The position numbers were made by a program, and so were the translations under genes. 64,000 bases of DNA from contig JBGAIQ010000022.1 of assembly GCA_044225365.1 (NCBI GenBank), positions 27,562-91,561 on the forward strand, written 5' to 3'. Shown one piece after another: positions 27,564-36,795 of the stretch. The DNA comes from Planctomycetota bacterium (GTDB taxonomy: Bacteria > Planctomycetota > B15-G4 > JADJEK01). The notes below the pieces were generated by a model. That model ran no database searches and was not told the DNA's origin. It worked only from the letters and a program-made list of their open reading frames with translations. The first letter of the stretch is position 1; every line of letters starts with the position of its first letter.

Positions 27564-30500
27564 ATGGCGCAGCACCTCGGAAAGAACCTCGTGATCGCGG
27601 CGACGCTCATCGGCGCCGGTTTCGCGATCGCGTGGCTCCGGTTCCGTCCCTACCTCGGTGACTCCGCCGAGCTGACGGACGGATCGCGGCACATCGCGTC
27701 GCAGACCGATTCGCTGCGTTACGCGATCTGGGACGCGCCAACGGCGTGGCCCGAGGACGCGCAGCCGGGAAATGGCGTGGATACCGCGCCGGCCTTCTCC
27801 GACGACGGGCGCTTCGCCGTGTTCGCCGCAGGCCGGAGCGACGAGCGCCGAGATCTCTATCTCGTCGAGATCGATGGCGGGCGAATCGGATCGTCGGAAC
27901 CACTCTCCAAGTTGAACTCTGCGTACGACGAGATCTCGCCCGCGATCGTCGGGGACAAGATCTACTTCGCTAGCAATCGCCCAAAGGCGCCGAGCGAGGG
28001 CAAGCCGGCGAGCGGCGCGACGAGCGACTTCGATCTCTTCGTCGCCGATTTCAAGAACGGAAACGTCTCGGATCCGCGGCCGCTCCCCGCGTCGATCAAC
28101 ACGAGCGCCGACGAGCGCGATCCCTGCCCGTTGGCGGACGGCAAAGGACTCGTCTTCTCCGCGAACCCGCAGGACGGCGTCCGCCGCGATTTCGATCTCT
28201 TCCTCGCCGAGTCGACGGCCGCGACGGGCGACGCGTTCCGCGTGTCGCGGCTCTCGAGCCTCTCGTCGACCGCCGACGATCTCGAACCGCATCTCTCGCG
28301 CGACGGACGCATGCTCGTGTTCGCATCGGATCGCGAGGGCGGTGACGGGGGATTCGATCTCTATCGCAGCCTGCGCGAGAACGGCGGCTTCCGCGCCCCC
28401 GAACGCGTGACGGGTCTCTCCACCGCGGACGACGATCGCTCGCCCCACTTCGTCGACGACGGATTCACTCTCGTGTTCGAGCGCCGTACGGTCGATCCGA
28501 ACTCCAAGCTCGTAGCGATCCACCTGCTGCGCGCCAAGTCGATCGAACTCTTCAAGGTTCCGGGACGACCCGTCGGCTGGATGGAGATCCTCTTCGTCGC
28601 GTCGCTCCTGCTCACCGCGCTGCTCGCCTGGCTCGCCAAGCGCTGGGATACCGTCGACGTCATCTACAAGTGCTTCCTCGTCGCGATCGTCGTCCACCTC
28701 GCTCTGTTGTGGTGGTCGCAGCGCGTGCCCGTCGAACCGAAGGACATGACGCTCGCCGAGCGTCATGAAGGTCTCTTCCAAGTGCGGGTCGCGAGCGCGA
28801 TGTCGCGTGCGAACGCCAGCGCCGAACGTGGCGGCAAACTCGACGTCGCACGCCCCGCGTCGGGCGGCAAGGAACTCGCGGCGGCGCATCCCGATCGGGC
28901 GGCGAACGTCACGACGGGCGACGGCGCGATGCCCGCGGCCGCGCCGGGATCGATCGCCCTCACGCGCGGGACGAATGGCGCGGAGACCGTCGCACCGAAT
29001 CGCGGCGACTCGGGCGCGAGCGGACGGGCGAAGGCCGCGCCCGGCACGCCGAGCGTCGCACTCTCGGATCGCGGGCCCGAACTGCCGAAGAACACGCAGG
29101 TCGCGCCCGGCCTCGAAGTCGGCGGTCCGGCGACGACGAACGCGGCGCGTCCCGCATCGTCGCTCGCCGCCGCTGCTGGCCCGACGCACGTCGAAAGTGC
29201 ACCACGAGCCGCGGCGGAGAGCGCGGGCGGCGCCGGCGGAACCGGCGGTGCAGGCCCCGCGGCGCTCGCGCTCGGGCGCGGCGCCCGCAACGACGCGGCG
29301 GCGGCACCGTCGCCCGGCGCATCGCTCACCGGCGATCTCGGGTTCGGCGGCAATTCCGGCGGTCGCACGGTCGATGTCGCGCTCGCCGATGGCGAGACGT
29401 TCGCGCCGGCGAGTTCGACGGGATCGTCGAAGGATCTCTCGATCGGCGATCTGAATCCGGCGGCGTTCTCGCGGGATGAAATCGCCGCGGGAGGGTCGGA
29501 AGGAGGCGCGAACGGATCCGCGGGATCCTCGGGATCGGGCGGTCCGACGCGCGCGAGCATCGCGTCGAAAGGCGCCTCCGACACGGGCGCGAGCGGCCTC
29601 GAAGGCGCGCCGCAGCTCGCACCCGTTGCCTTGAAGGGCGGAACGGGCGGCACGGACACGGGCGCGCCTGGCCGCGAGACCGTCGCATTCGAACGGGTCG
29701 GGAAGCCGGGGACGGAGACAGGCACGGACGGCGGCTTCGCCATCGCGGCGCCCCAGGACGCGTCGCGGCCCGCCATGGTGAGTGGACCGCCGATCGGCGA
29801 CTCGCTCGCACTCGATCCTGTGGCGTTCGACGGCGCGGGGCGCGGCAACGACAGCGGTGGGAGTTCGGGGAACTCCGGGCCGTCCCGCTACCAACTCGGC
29901 GCCGCCGCCGATCTCGCGCCCTCCTCCTCGGGCAGCGGTCCCGCTCCGCTCGAGTTCGCGCGGGCCGAGGCCAAGATCGACGCCACGCCGTCGGCCGGCG
30001 ACTCCGCGTTCGAGCACACGCCGTATCGCTCGCGCTTCGGGCTCGAGAAGGAACTCGCGCTCAAGACGAACGGCGGCAGCGCGGAGACCGAGCGCGCGGT
30101 CGCTCAGGGCCTCGCCTATCTCGCATCGCAGCAGACCGATGACGGCTGCTTCGGCGATGCGCAGAAGTACGACGAGAAGTACGGCTACGTCGTGGTCGGC
30201 AAGACCGGGCTCTGCCTGCTCGCGTTCCTCGGTGCCGGCCACACGCCGACGTCCAACACGCAGTATTCCCAGGTGGCCGCGAAGGCGGTCGCATTCATCG
30301 AGGGCGTGCAGACCGAGAGCGGGCACTTCGGGTGGACGTCGGCCTACAGCCACGGCATCGGCACCTATGCCCTCGCGGAGTGCTACGCGCTGACGAAGGA
30401 CGAGTCGATTCGCCCGACGCTCGAACGCGCGGTGAAGCACATCCTCGACAATCAGGCGAAGGGGAACGACCCGCGGAACTCCGGCGGCTGGGGTTACTTC

Positions 30501-31124
30501 AACCCCGAGGGCCCCCACTACGATCGATGGTCGCGCGTCTCCGTGAGCGCGTGGCAGGTGATGGCGCTCGAGTCGGCGCGGCTTTCCGGCATCGAGGTGC
30601 CCGATCGGGCATTCGACCGCGCGAAGGTGTTCCTCGAGAGCGCGTATGACGGCCAGTACGGTTACTTCCGGTACAACCACGATCCCGATCGATTGAACGA
30701 AGGGTATCGCACATTGCCCGGATCGACGCCGGCGGCCTTGTTCGCGCTCGCGCTGCTGGGCGACGACATCACCTCGAGCGATTACGACGCGCCGCGCAAG
30801 TTCGTGCTCGACCGCGTGCCGAAGGAATACCGTTGGCGGGGCGAGGACGCGTTCGTCGAGCAAGCGACCGGCAACCTCTACTTCTGGTACTACGGCACCC
30901 TCTCGATGTTCCGCGCGGGCGGTACCAACTGGAGCCGCTGGAACGAAGGCATGAAGAAGGTGCTTCTCGGCGCGCAAGCGAAGGACGGCTCCTGGAAGCC
31001 GATCGACAGTTACGCCGATCATGCGGGCGATTCACCGACGAGCCGCTGCTACACCACGGCGATGTGCACCCTGACCCTCGAGGTGTACTACCGGTACTTC
31101 ACGCCGCTCCTGAAAGTGCGCTGA
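27564..31124 (+). CDS. Membrane fusion protein: TolB-like PD40 propeller + TM hairpin + Gly/Ala-rich linker + prenyltransferase/squalene-cyclase-like barrel
   Basis: PD40 repeats (PAFSDDGRFAVF, IYFASNR, PHLSRDGRMLVFASDR.GG.GGFDLY). Three TM segments. About 400-aa low-complexity linker. QW-like motifs (QQTDDGCF, GGWGY, QAKDGSW) and YTTAMCTLTLEVYYRY. Confidence 0.88.
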   Translation: MAQHLGKNLVIAATLIGAGFAIAWLRFRPYLGDSAELTDGSRHIASQTDSLRYAIWDAPTAWPEDAQPGNGVDTAPAFSDDGRFAVFAAGRSDERRDLYLVEIDGGRIGSSEPLSKLNSAYDEISPAIVGDKIYFASNRPKAPSEGKPASGATSDFDLFVADFKNGNVSDPRPLPASINTSADERDPCPLADGKGLVFSANPQDGVRRDFDLFLAESTAATGDAFRVSRLSSLSSTADDLEPHLSRDGRMLVFASDREGGDGGFDLYRSLRENGGFRAPERVTGLSTADDDRSPHFVDDGFTLVFERRTVDPNSKLVAIHLLRAKSIELFKVPGRPVGWMEILFVASLLLTALLAWLAKRWDTVDVIYKCFLVAIVVHLALLWWSQRVPVEPKDMTLAERHEGLFQVRVASAMSRANASAERGGKLDVARPASGGKELAAAHPDRAANVTTGDGAMPAAAPGSIALTRGTNGAETVAPNRGDSGASGRAKAAPGTPSVALSDRGPELPKNTQVAPGLEVGGPATTNAARPASSLAAAAGPTHVESAPRAAAESAGGAGGTGGAGPAALALGRGARNDAAAAPSPGASLTGDLGFGGNSGGRTVDVALADGETFAPASSTGSSKDLSIGDLNPAAFSRDEIAAGGSEGGANGSAGSSGSGGPTRASIASKGASDTGASGLEGAPQLAPVALKGGTGGTDTGAPGRETVAFERVGKPGTETGTDGGFAIAAPQDASRPAMVSGPPIGDSLALDPVAFDGAGRGNDSGGSSGNSGPSRYQLGAAADLAPSSSGSGPAPLEFARAEAKIDATPSAGDSAFEHTPYRSRFGLEKELALKTNGGSAETERAVAQGLAYLASQQTDDGCFGDAQKYDEKYGYVVVGKTGLCLLAFLGAGHTPTSNTQYSQVAAKAVAFIEGVQTESGHFGWTSAYSHGIGTYALAECYALTKDESIRPTLERAVKHILDNQAKGNDPRNSGGWGYFNPEGPHYDRWSRVSVSAWQVMALESARLSGIEVPDRAFDRAKVFLESAYDGQYGYFRYNHDPDRLNEGYRTLPGSTPAALFALALLGDDITSSDYDAPRKFVLDRVPKEYRWRGEDAFVEQATGNLYFWYYGTLSMFRAGGTNWSRWNEGMKKVLLGAQAKDGSWKPIDSYADHAGDSPTSRCYTTAMCTLTLEVYYRYFTPLLKVR

Positions 31125-31125
31125 C

Positions 31126-31300
31126 GGCGGCGGCGGCTGCGATCCGTATCCGCCGGGCGCGGCGGCGGCGGCTGCGATCCGTATCCGCCGGGCGTGGCGG
31201 CGGCGGCTGCGATCCGTATCCGCCGGGCGTGGCGGCGGTGGCTGCGATCCGTATCCGCCGGGCGCGGCGGCGGCGGCTGCGATCCGTGACCGCCGGGCGC
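31126..31300. repeat. Tandem array of five 35-bp palindromic (REP-like) units
   Basis: Unit GGCGGCGGCGGCTGCGATCCGTATCCGCCGGGCG(C/T) x5, starting 2 nt after the stop at 31124. Confidence 0.95.
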
Positions 31301-31315
31301 GTAGGATGCGCGGCG

Positions 31316-33331
31316 ATGCCTTTCGTCGCCCTACCGATCGCGCTCTCGGCGTTCCTGCTGTTCGTCGTTCAACCGATGGTGGCGCGGACGATCCTCACGG
31401 CATTCGGCGGTTCGCAGAGCGTTTGGACGGCGTGCCTCCTGTTCTTCCAAGCGGTGCTGCTCGCAGGCTACGCCTTCGCGCATGGGCTCGCGCGACTGCC
31501 ACGAAGTGCGCGGCGGGCGATCCATGGCGGATTGCTGGCGCTCGCCGTGCTGTCCGTGATGTTCGATCCCGCGACGAACTTCCATGGTGAGGTACCACCG
31601 CTCGTAGGCGTCCTCGCCCTGCTCACCACGAACGTCGGCCTACCGTTCTTCGCGCTCGCGGTGACTTCGCCGCTCCTCCAGAAGATCACGAGCGAACGCC
31701 ATCGCAACGGGGATCCATATCGATTCACGGCACTCTCGAATGCAGCGTCGCTCGCGGGCCTGCTCAGCTACCCGTTCCTCGTCGAGCCGTGGGTTGGTTT
31801 GCGAGTCCAGCGAACCGCATGGGCGATCGGATTCAGCGGATTCGCCATCGCGATGTTCGTCGCCCTTGGTGGCTCCTCGCCGGTTCGCGTCGAATCACTC
31901 GATGCGCCGTCAGCAAGAGAACGACCGCCTGCGGTCTTCCGCTGGATGATGCTCGCCGCGGGACCATCGTTGTTGCTCGCCGCCGCAACCTTCGAGATCA
32001 CCCGCGAAGTCGCGACGGTGCCGCTGCTGTGGACAGTGCCGCTCGCCCTCTACCTCGCTTCGTTCATCGTTGCCTTCGAATCGAAGCGGCTGCGTTCGCG
32101 CCCCCTCGAATTCGCGCTGCTCGTCGTCGCCGTCCTCGCATTCGCCTACCTTCGCTCAGCGCGCCCCACGCCGCCTCTCTTTGCGCAGCTCGCGATCGTA
32201 TCGCTCGTGCTCTTCCTGCCCGCGCTCGCGAGCCACGTCGAACTCGCACGACTCGCGCCCGACGCGCGCCACCTCACTCGATTCCACCTCGCGATCGCCG
32301 CAGGCGGCGTGATCGGTGCGGGGTTCGCCGCGATCGTCGCACCGCTTGCGTTCGATCAACCGCGCGAACTCGCGATCGCCGTCGCGAGCATTGCCGTGGC
32401 CCTGACGTGGTCGGCGAGGGTGGATGGAGAGTCACGCGTCGCTCCGATCGCCTGCGGCTGCCTCGCCGTGATTGTCGTCATCGCGGCGGAGTCGATAACC
32501 GACTCGCGCAACGTGGTCTTTGTCGCGCGCGACTTCTACGGCATCCACCGCATCTTCCACGAACGCCTCGGCGATCGTTCGATCGACATCCTGTGCAACG
32601 GGCGTACGGTGCACGGCGCGCAGCTCCGCGACGCGAGCGGCGCGCGCGAACTCACTCTCACGACCTACTACAGCGAGGGGAGCGGTTCGGAACTCGCGAT
32701 TCGGATCGAGCGCGAGCGCCTGAAGCGTCCATTGCGCATCGGGGCCGTCGGCCTCGGAGTCGGCACGATCGCGGCGTGCGCGCGCACGGGCGACACGATC
32801 CGCTTCTATGAGCTCGACCCCGGACTCGAAGCCATCGTTCGCGAGCGATTCACGTTCCTCGCCGATTCCAAGGCAGCGATCGAAGTCGTCCGCGGCGATG
32901 CCCGCGTTTCTCTCGAGCGAGAATTGCGATCGAGCGGCCCTCGAGCATTCGACGTGCTCGTCCTCGATGCATTCGCGAGCGACGCCGTCCCGCTCCATCT
33001 CCTCACGAGCGAGGCCTTCGCGCTCTATCGCCGACACCTTCGCGAGGACGGTGTGATCGCGATCCACGTCACGAATCGTTCGCTCGATCTCACGAGCCTC
33101 GCGCGCGCGCAGGCCAGCGCACAGCGACTCGAGTCGCGCGTCGTCGTCTCGCGGCCGGACAAGGCCGAGCCCTGGCGATACGACAGCTCCTGGGTCGAGA
33201 TCTTCGCGAGGGCGGAAACGGCGACGAGCCCGGAATGGAAAGCCGCCACGGAAGACGCTCCCATCGTCCCCCGCCCGCCCTTCACGGACGACTTCTGCAG
33301 TTTGTTCTCGCTCCTGCGCCCTTCCCATTGA
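31316..33331 (+). CDS. Fused membrane/spermidine-synthase-like SAM-dependent transferase
   Basis: LSAFLLF.VQPM, GGS..VW..C.LFFQ, PY...ALSN..SL, HG.Q, TTYY, VGLGVGT, YELDP, GDAR, DAF.SD.VP.HLLT.EA, FTDDF. Confidence 0.88.
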   Translation: MPFVALPIALSAFLLFVVQPMVARTILTAFGGSQSVWTACLLFFQAVLLAGYAFAHGLARLPRSARRAIHGGLLALAVLSVMFDPATNFHGEVPPLVGVLALLTTNVGLPFFALAVTSPLLQKITSERHRNGDPYRFTALSNAASLAGLLSYPFLVEPWVGLRVQRTAWAIGFSGFAIAMFVALGGSSPVRVESLDAPSARERPPAVFRWMMLAAGPSLLLAAATFEITREVATVPLLWTVPLALYLASFIVAFESKRLRSRPLEFALLVVAVLAFAYLRSARPTPPLFAQLAIVSLVLFLPALASHVELARLAPDARHLTRFHLAIAAGGVIGAGFAAIVAPLAFDQPRELAIAVASIAVALTWSARVDGESRVAPIACGCLAVIVVIAAESITDSRNVVFVARDFYGIHRIFHERLGDRSIDILCNGRTVHGAQLRDASGARELTLTTYYSEGSGSELAIRIERERLKRPLRIGAVGLGVGTIAACARTGDTIRFYELDPGLEAIVRERFTFLADSKAAIEVVRGDARVSLERELRSSGPRAFDVLVLDAFASDAVPLHLLTSEAFALYRRHLREDGVIAIHVTNRSLDLTSLARAQASAQRLESRVVVSRPDKAEPWRYDSSWVEIFARAETATSPEWKAATEDAPIVPRPPFTDDFCSLFSLLRPSH

Positions 33332-33462
33332 TCTGCCGCAAGCTGCTCACTCGCAGTGAATTGGAACGACTCACCGAACCATCGAGGCCGGCGCGACCCT
33401 TGTCTCGCGACGAGCGGCCTGCGACGATGTCCTCTTCGCCGCGGCTTCCAATTCCGGTCGCA

Positions 33463-33488
33463 GGAACCTTTCGGCCACGGCGCGCGTT
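33463..33488 (+). promoter_or_regulatory. ECF-type promoter (GGAAC-N17-CGTT)
   Basis: GGAAC at 33463-33467, a 17-nt spacer, and CGTT at 33485-33488, 37 nt upstream of an ECF sigma gene. Confidence 0.65.
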
Positions 33489-33525
33489 CCCGACTCCGAC
33501 GAACGGACCTTTCGCCGATGACCGA

Positions 33526-34119
33526 ATGAGAGAACTCGAAGGAACGGACGAGGCGCTCGCGACTCTGGCGTCGCACGGAGATCGTGCGGCCTTCGAGGCG
33601 CTCGTTCATCGTTACGGGTCGCATCTGCATGGCGTCGTCGAACATCAGGTCGGGGACTCGAATCGCGCGCTGGATCTGGTCCAGGAGATCTGGCTCAAGG
33701 TCTTCCGCGCGATCCCGCGTTTTCGCCCCGATGGTTCGTTCCGCTCGTGGCTGTTCTCGATCGCGCTGAACCACGTACGCGACAACGCGCGCGCGGAACG
33801 CCGCTCGAAGATCGTCTACCTCGACGACTTCCGCACTCCGACTCCGGGAGCCGCGAGCGACGATCCGCATGGACGAGTCGAAGAGAAGTCGGCGATCGAA
33901 GCCGCATTGCGCGAAGTCGCTGAACCGTATCGCAGTGCCGTCATCCTCGTGGACGTGATGCAACTGTCCTACGAGGAAGCGGCGACGGCCCTCGACTGCC
34001 GGGTCGGGACCGTGAAGTCGCGAGTCAATCGCGGACGCCTCGCGTTCCGCGACGAATACGCCAAGGTGAGTGGCGACGCGATCGACCCGCGCGAGAGCGC
34101 CGAAGGAACCTCCTCATGA
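33526..34119 (+). CDS. ECF RNA polymerase sigma factor (SigW/RpoE-like)
   Basis: DEAL...GDRAAFEALV.RY, DLVQEIWLKVFR, FRSWLFSIALN, LSYEEAA..L....GTVKSRVNRGR. Confidence 0.92.
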   Translation: MRELEGTDEALATLASHGDRAAFEALVHRYGSHLHGVVEHQVGDSNRALDLVQEIWLKVFRAIPRFRPDGSFRSWLFSIALNHVRDNARAERRSKIVYLDDFRTPTPGAASDDPHGRVEEKSAIEAALREVAEPYRSAVILVDVMQLSYEEAATALDCRVGTVKSRVNRGRLAFRDEYAKVSGDAIDPRESAEGTSS

Positions 34120-35486
34120 ACTGCAACCGCGCCGAACTCTCGTTCTCCTCGCACTACGACGGCCAGCTCTCCGCCGCCGAGCGCGTCGCACTCGATTCCC
34201 ATCTCGCGGGCTGCGCACCTTGCCGCACCGCCTTCGCCGAGTACGTTCGCTCCATCTCCGACCTGAAGAAACTCCGTCCCGGGCCCACTTCCCGCCAGCA
34301 CGTCGCCGACGTGATGGCGCGGATCGATCTCGATGCGGCGCGCGAGGTCGAAGCTCCGCGTACGGCTTCGTGGCGACGAGCGATGACCCATCTCGTCGCT
34401 GCTGCGATCGGTGCCGCCGCCGCGGTCCTCGTCCTGCAGCAGATGAACGCGCGGGAATCGCATGCCCCCGGTGCGACGCCGGGGGTCGTCGTCACGCCGC
34501 CCTCGAATGGCGAGATCGCGAACGCGAACGATCTTCCGCGGATGCCCGGCGAGGGCGAAGCGGCCGCAAGCCTCAGTCGCCCCGTTCGCTTCGTCGGTGA
34601 CGCAACGTCCCTCGAACGCAATGATCGCCTCGTGTCCGTTTCCGATGGCTTCACGCTGAAGCCGGGCGAGACCGTGCGCACGCTTCCTTCGCAGAGCGTC
34701 GAGATCACCGTCGACGAGAACGGTCTGCTCACGATCAAGACGAAGACCGAGCACGTCCTGACTCCTCCGAAGGCGGTGAACGAGGTTCACTTCGTCGAAT
34801 TGCCTCCGTTGGTCTCCGTCGACCGGAAGCTCGTCACCGACGCCGTCGACACGTTCGGCTCCCACGTCTCCGAGCAGATCAAGGCGCTCGATCTCTCCGG
34901 CGTGCGCTCCTTCGTCGATCAGATCGAAACGCAGATCGAGGACTCGATCGCGGCAACCGACGCCCGCGAGGCCGCGAACGAAGCTGCCGCCGCGAGCAAA
35001 CCGACTTCCCCCGAGCCCGAGGCGGATCCGAGCACGGAGAATGGAGCCACGAGCGCGTCGACGCAAACTGCAGCGAGTGCCTTCGCACCGATGACGTTCA
35101 TCGCGAGCGAAGCACCCGTGACGATCCAGCGCAGCGGCGATCGCTCCGCCCTCTCGGTGCAAGGCTCTCTTCCTCGCGTGATCCCGGAATTGATCGCGCT
35201 TCTGAAGAACGACGACGGCGAGATCGCCGACCTCGCGGCCGCGAAGCTCGACTTCGTGCGCACCGACCTCGAGCGCTCCCCCACGATCGGCAAGAGACTC
35301 TCGCCGCTGCCGGCGGAGACCGAGCGGGTTCCGCGTGAACGCGGCAGCCGATTCAGCGAATTGCTCCACACTCGATTCGGCGCGGACGACACCGTCGAAC
35401 GAAGACTCACGCCGAACGAACGCTGGACGCGATGGTGGCAGGCAAACGCCGTGCTCATCGCGACGGGATCGTCGTCGGATACCTGA
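34116..35486 (+). CDS. Zinc-binding (zf-HC2/ZAS) membrane anti-sigma factor
   Basis: ATGA overlap with the sigma gene. LDSHLAGCAPC (HxxxCxxC), one TM, and a periplasmic part with FecR-like and HEAT-like segments. Confidence 0.85.
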   Translation: MNCNRAELSFSSHYDGQLSAAERVALDSHLAGCAPCRTAFAEYVRSISDLKKLRPGPTSRQHVADVMARIDLDAAREVEAPRTASWRRAMTHLVAAAIGAAAAVLVLQQMNARESHAPGATPGVVVTPPSNGEIANANDLPRMPGEGEAAASLSRPVRFVGDATSLERNDRLVSVSDGFTLKPGETVRTLPSQSVEITVDENGLLTIKTKTEHVLTPPKAVNEVHFVELPPLVSVDRKLVTDAVDTFGSHVSEQIKALDLSGVRSFVDQIETQIEDSIAATDAREAANEAAAASKPTSPEPEADPSTENGATSASTQTAASAFAPMTFIASEAPVTIQRSGDRSALSVQGSLPRVIPELIALLKNDDGEIADLAAAKLDFVRTDLERSPTIGKRLSPLPAETERVPRERGSRFSELLHTRFGADDTVERRLTPNERWTRWWQANAVLIATGSSSDT

Positions 35487-35582
35487 GCAAAGCAAGCGGT
35501 CGAATCCCGGAATTGCGGAACGAGCGCCGGCCGATCGGCGTTACCGCCGCGACCGTGAACGAATCTCGATGAGGAGTCTCGA

Positions 35583-36713
35583 ATGAATCTGCGAATCGCG
35601 CTTCTGGCGCTCGTTACCCTGCCGCTTTCCGGTTGCGTCTCCGTCCACATGACGGGTCTCGATGGCGACGAGAACGTCCTCGTCGATCGCGTGGAAGCCG
35701 ACGGCGCGCACGTGATCTATCGCATTCGACCGGGCGGCGGCGACGAACCACCGAAGCTCGTGCGAGACCGCCATGTCACCGTCCACAAGGTCGATCTCCA
35801 TCTCACCGTCGGCGACATCAACAAGGATCGCGCCGCCAAGCTCGGCGTCGAGGCGTGGAAGGGCGTCTATGTCGAAGCCGTCGCGAACGACTCCAATCTC
35901 GCGAAGGGCGGATTGAAGAAGGGCGACGTCCTGCTCGCGATCAACGGCAACGCGTTCACCAACGCGCGACAGTTCAACGAACTCGGCGCCGAGAAACTCA
36001 CGGGCGCGACGACCCTGAAGCTCGACATCCTTCGTCCGGAGGGCGGCGCCGGCGCGACCTGGACGCCGATCACGCTCGAGATCCCCGCCGACTCGAAGGA
36101 AGTGCGCGACACGATTCGTGACACGATGAAGTTGACCGCGGCGTCGCGGCTCGAGAAGTCGACGGGCATGCGGGTTGCCGAACTCTCGCCCGAACAGGCG
36201 AACGAAGTCTACGGCGACTCGAACGGTCGCCTCGTGATCAGTGCGGTGCGACCGGGCTCACCGGCCTACCTCGCGGGCTTCCGTGCGAAGGATCGCATCG
36301 CCAAGATGGATGGCAAGGCGATCGGGAGCAGTGCCGAGGCCGACGCTCTCGTCGACACCAAACTCACGTCCGGACAGCCCACGACGATCGCAGTCGATGT
36401 CGAAGGACCGCTCGGCGCCCACGCGTCGGACGTCGAGGTCAAGAAGCGCCTCGATCAACGCAGCGAGTTCTCTTTCCCGATCCTCTGGTGCTACCAGAAC
36501 GACACGGACGAACTCGAGTGGGGCTGCCTGCAGTTCATCTTCCTCTTCGGTGGCCGTTACGAGCGCTCGTACTTGAACTCGCCGACCCGTCAGGTAGCGC
36601 TCCGCTCGGATCTCGAGTTGCTCCCCCTCGGACTCTTCGAGTTCGAACGCGATCCCGACGAGTCGCGTGTCGAGTTCCTGTGGTTCATCACGCACTCGTG
36701 GTCGAACGACTGA
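35583..36713 (+). CDS. Double-PDZ-domain lipoprotein
   Basis: GAGGAG RBS and LPLSGC lipobox. PDZ motifs GLKKGDVLLAING and GSPAYLAGFRAKDRI. Aromatic C-terminal tail. Confidence 0.82.
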   Translation: MNLRIALLALVTLPLSGCVSVHMTGLDGDENVLVDRVEADGAHVIYRIRPGGGDEPPKLVRDRHVTVHKVDLHLTVGDINKDRAAKLGVEAWKGVYVEAVANDSNLAKGGLKKGDVLLAINGNAFTNARQFNELGAEKLTGATTLKLDILRPEGGAGATWTPITLEIPADSKEVRDTIRDTMKLTAASRLEKSTGMRVAELSPEQANEVYGDSNGRLVISAVRPGSPAYLAGFRAKDRIAKMDGKAIGSSAEADALVDTKLTSGQPTTIAVDVEGPLGAHASDVEVKKRLDQRSEFSFPILWCYQNDTDELEWGCLQFIFLFGGRYERSYLNSPTRQVALRSDLELLPLGLFEFERDPDESRVEFLWFITHSWSND

Positions 36714-36795
36714 TCGGATCGCGGCGGAGGTGGAAGGGCGAAAAGTCCTTCCCCTCCGATAGAATCCACCGTGGCGACAACCCAGCGGTGGTCCG

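Noticed and set aside
30020-31124. Calling the barrel domain an active squalene-hopene cyclase
   Set aside because: It is a single barrel with QW-like repeats but no DxDD protonation motif, and it is predicted to be periplasmic.
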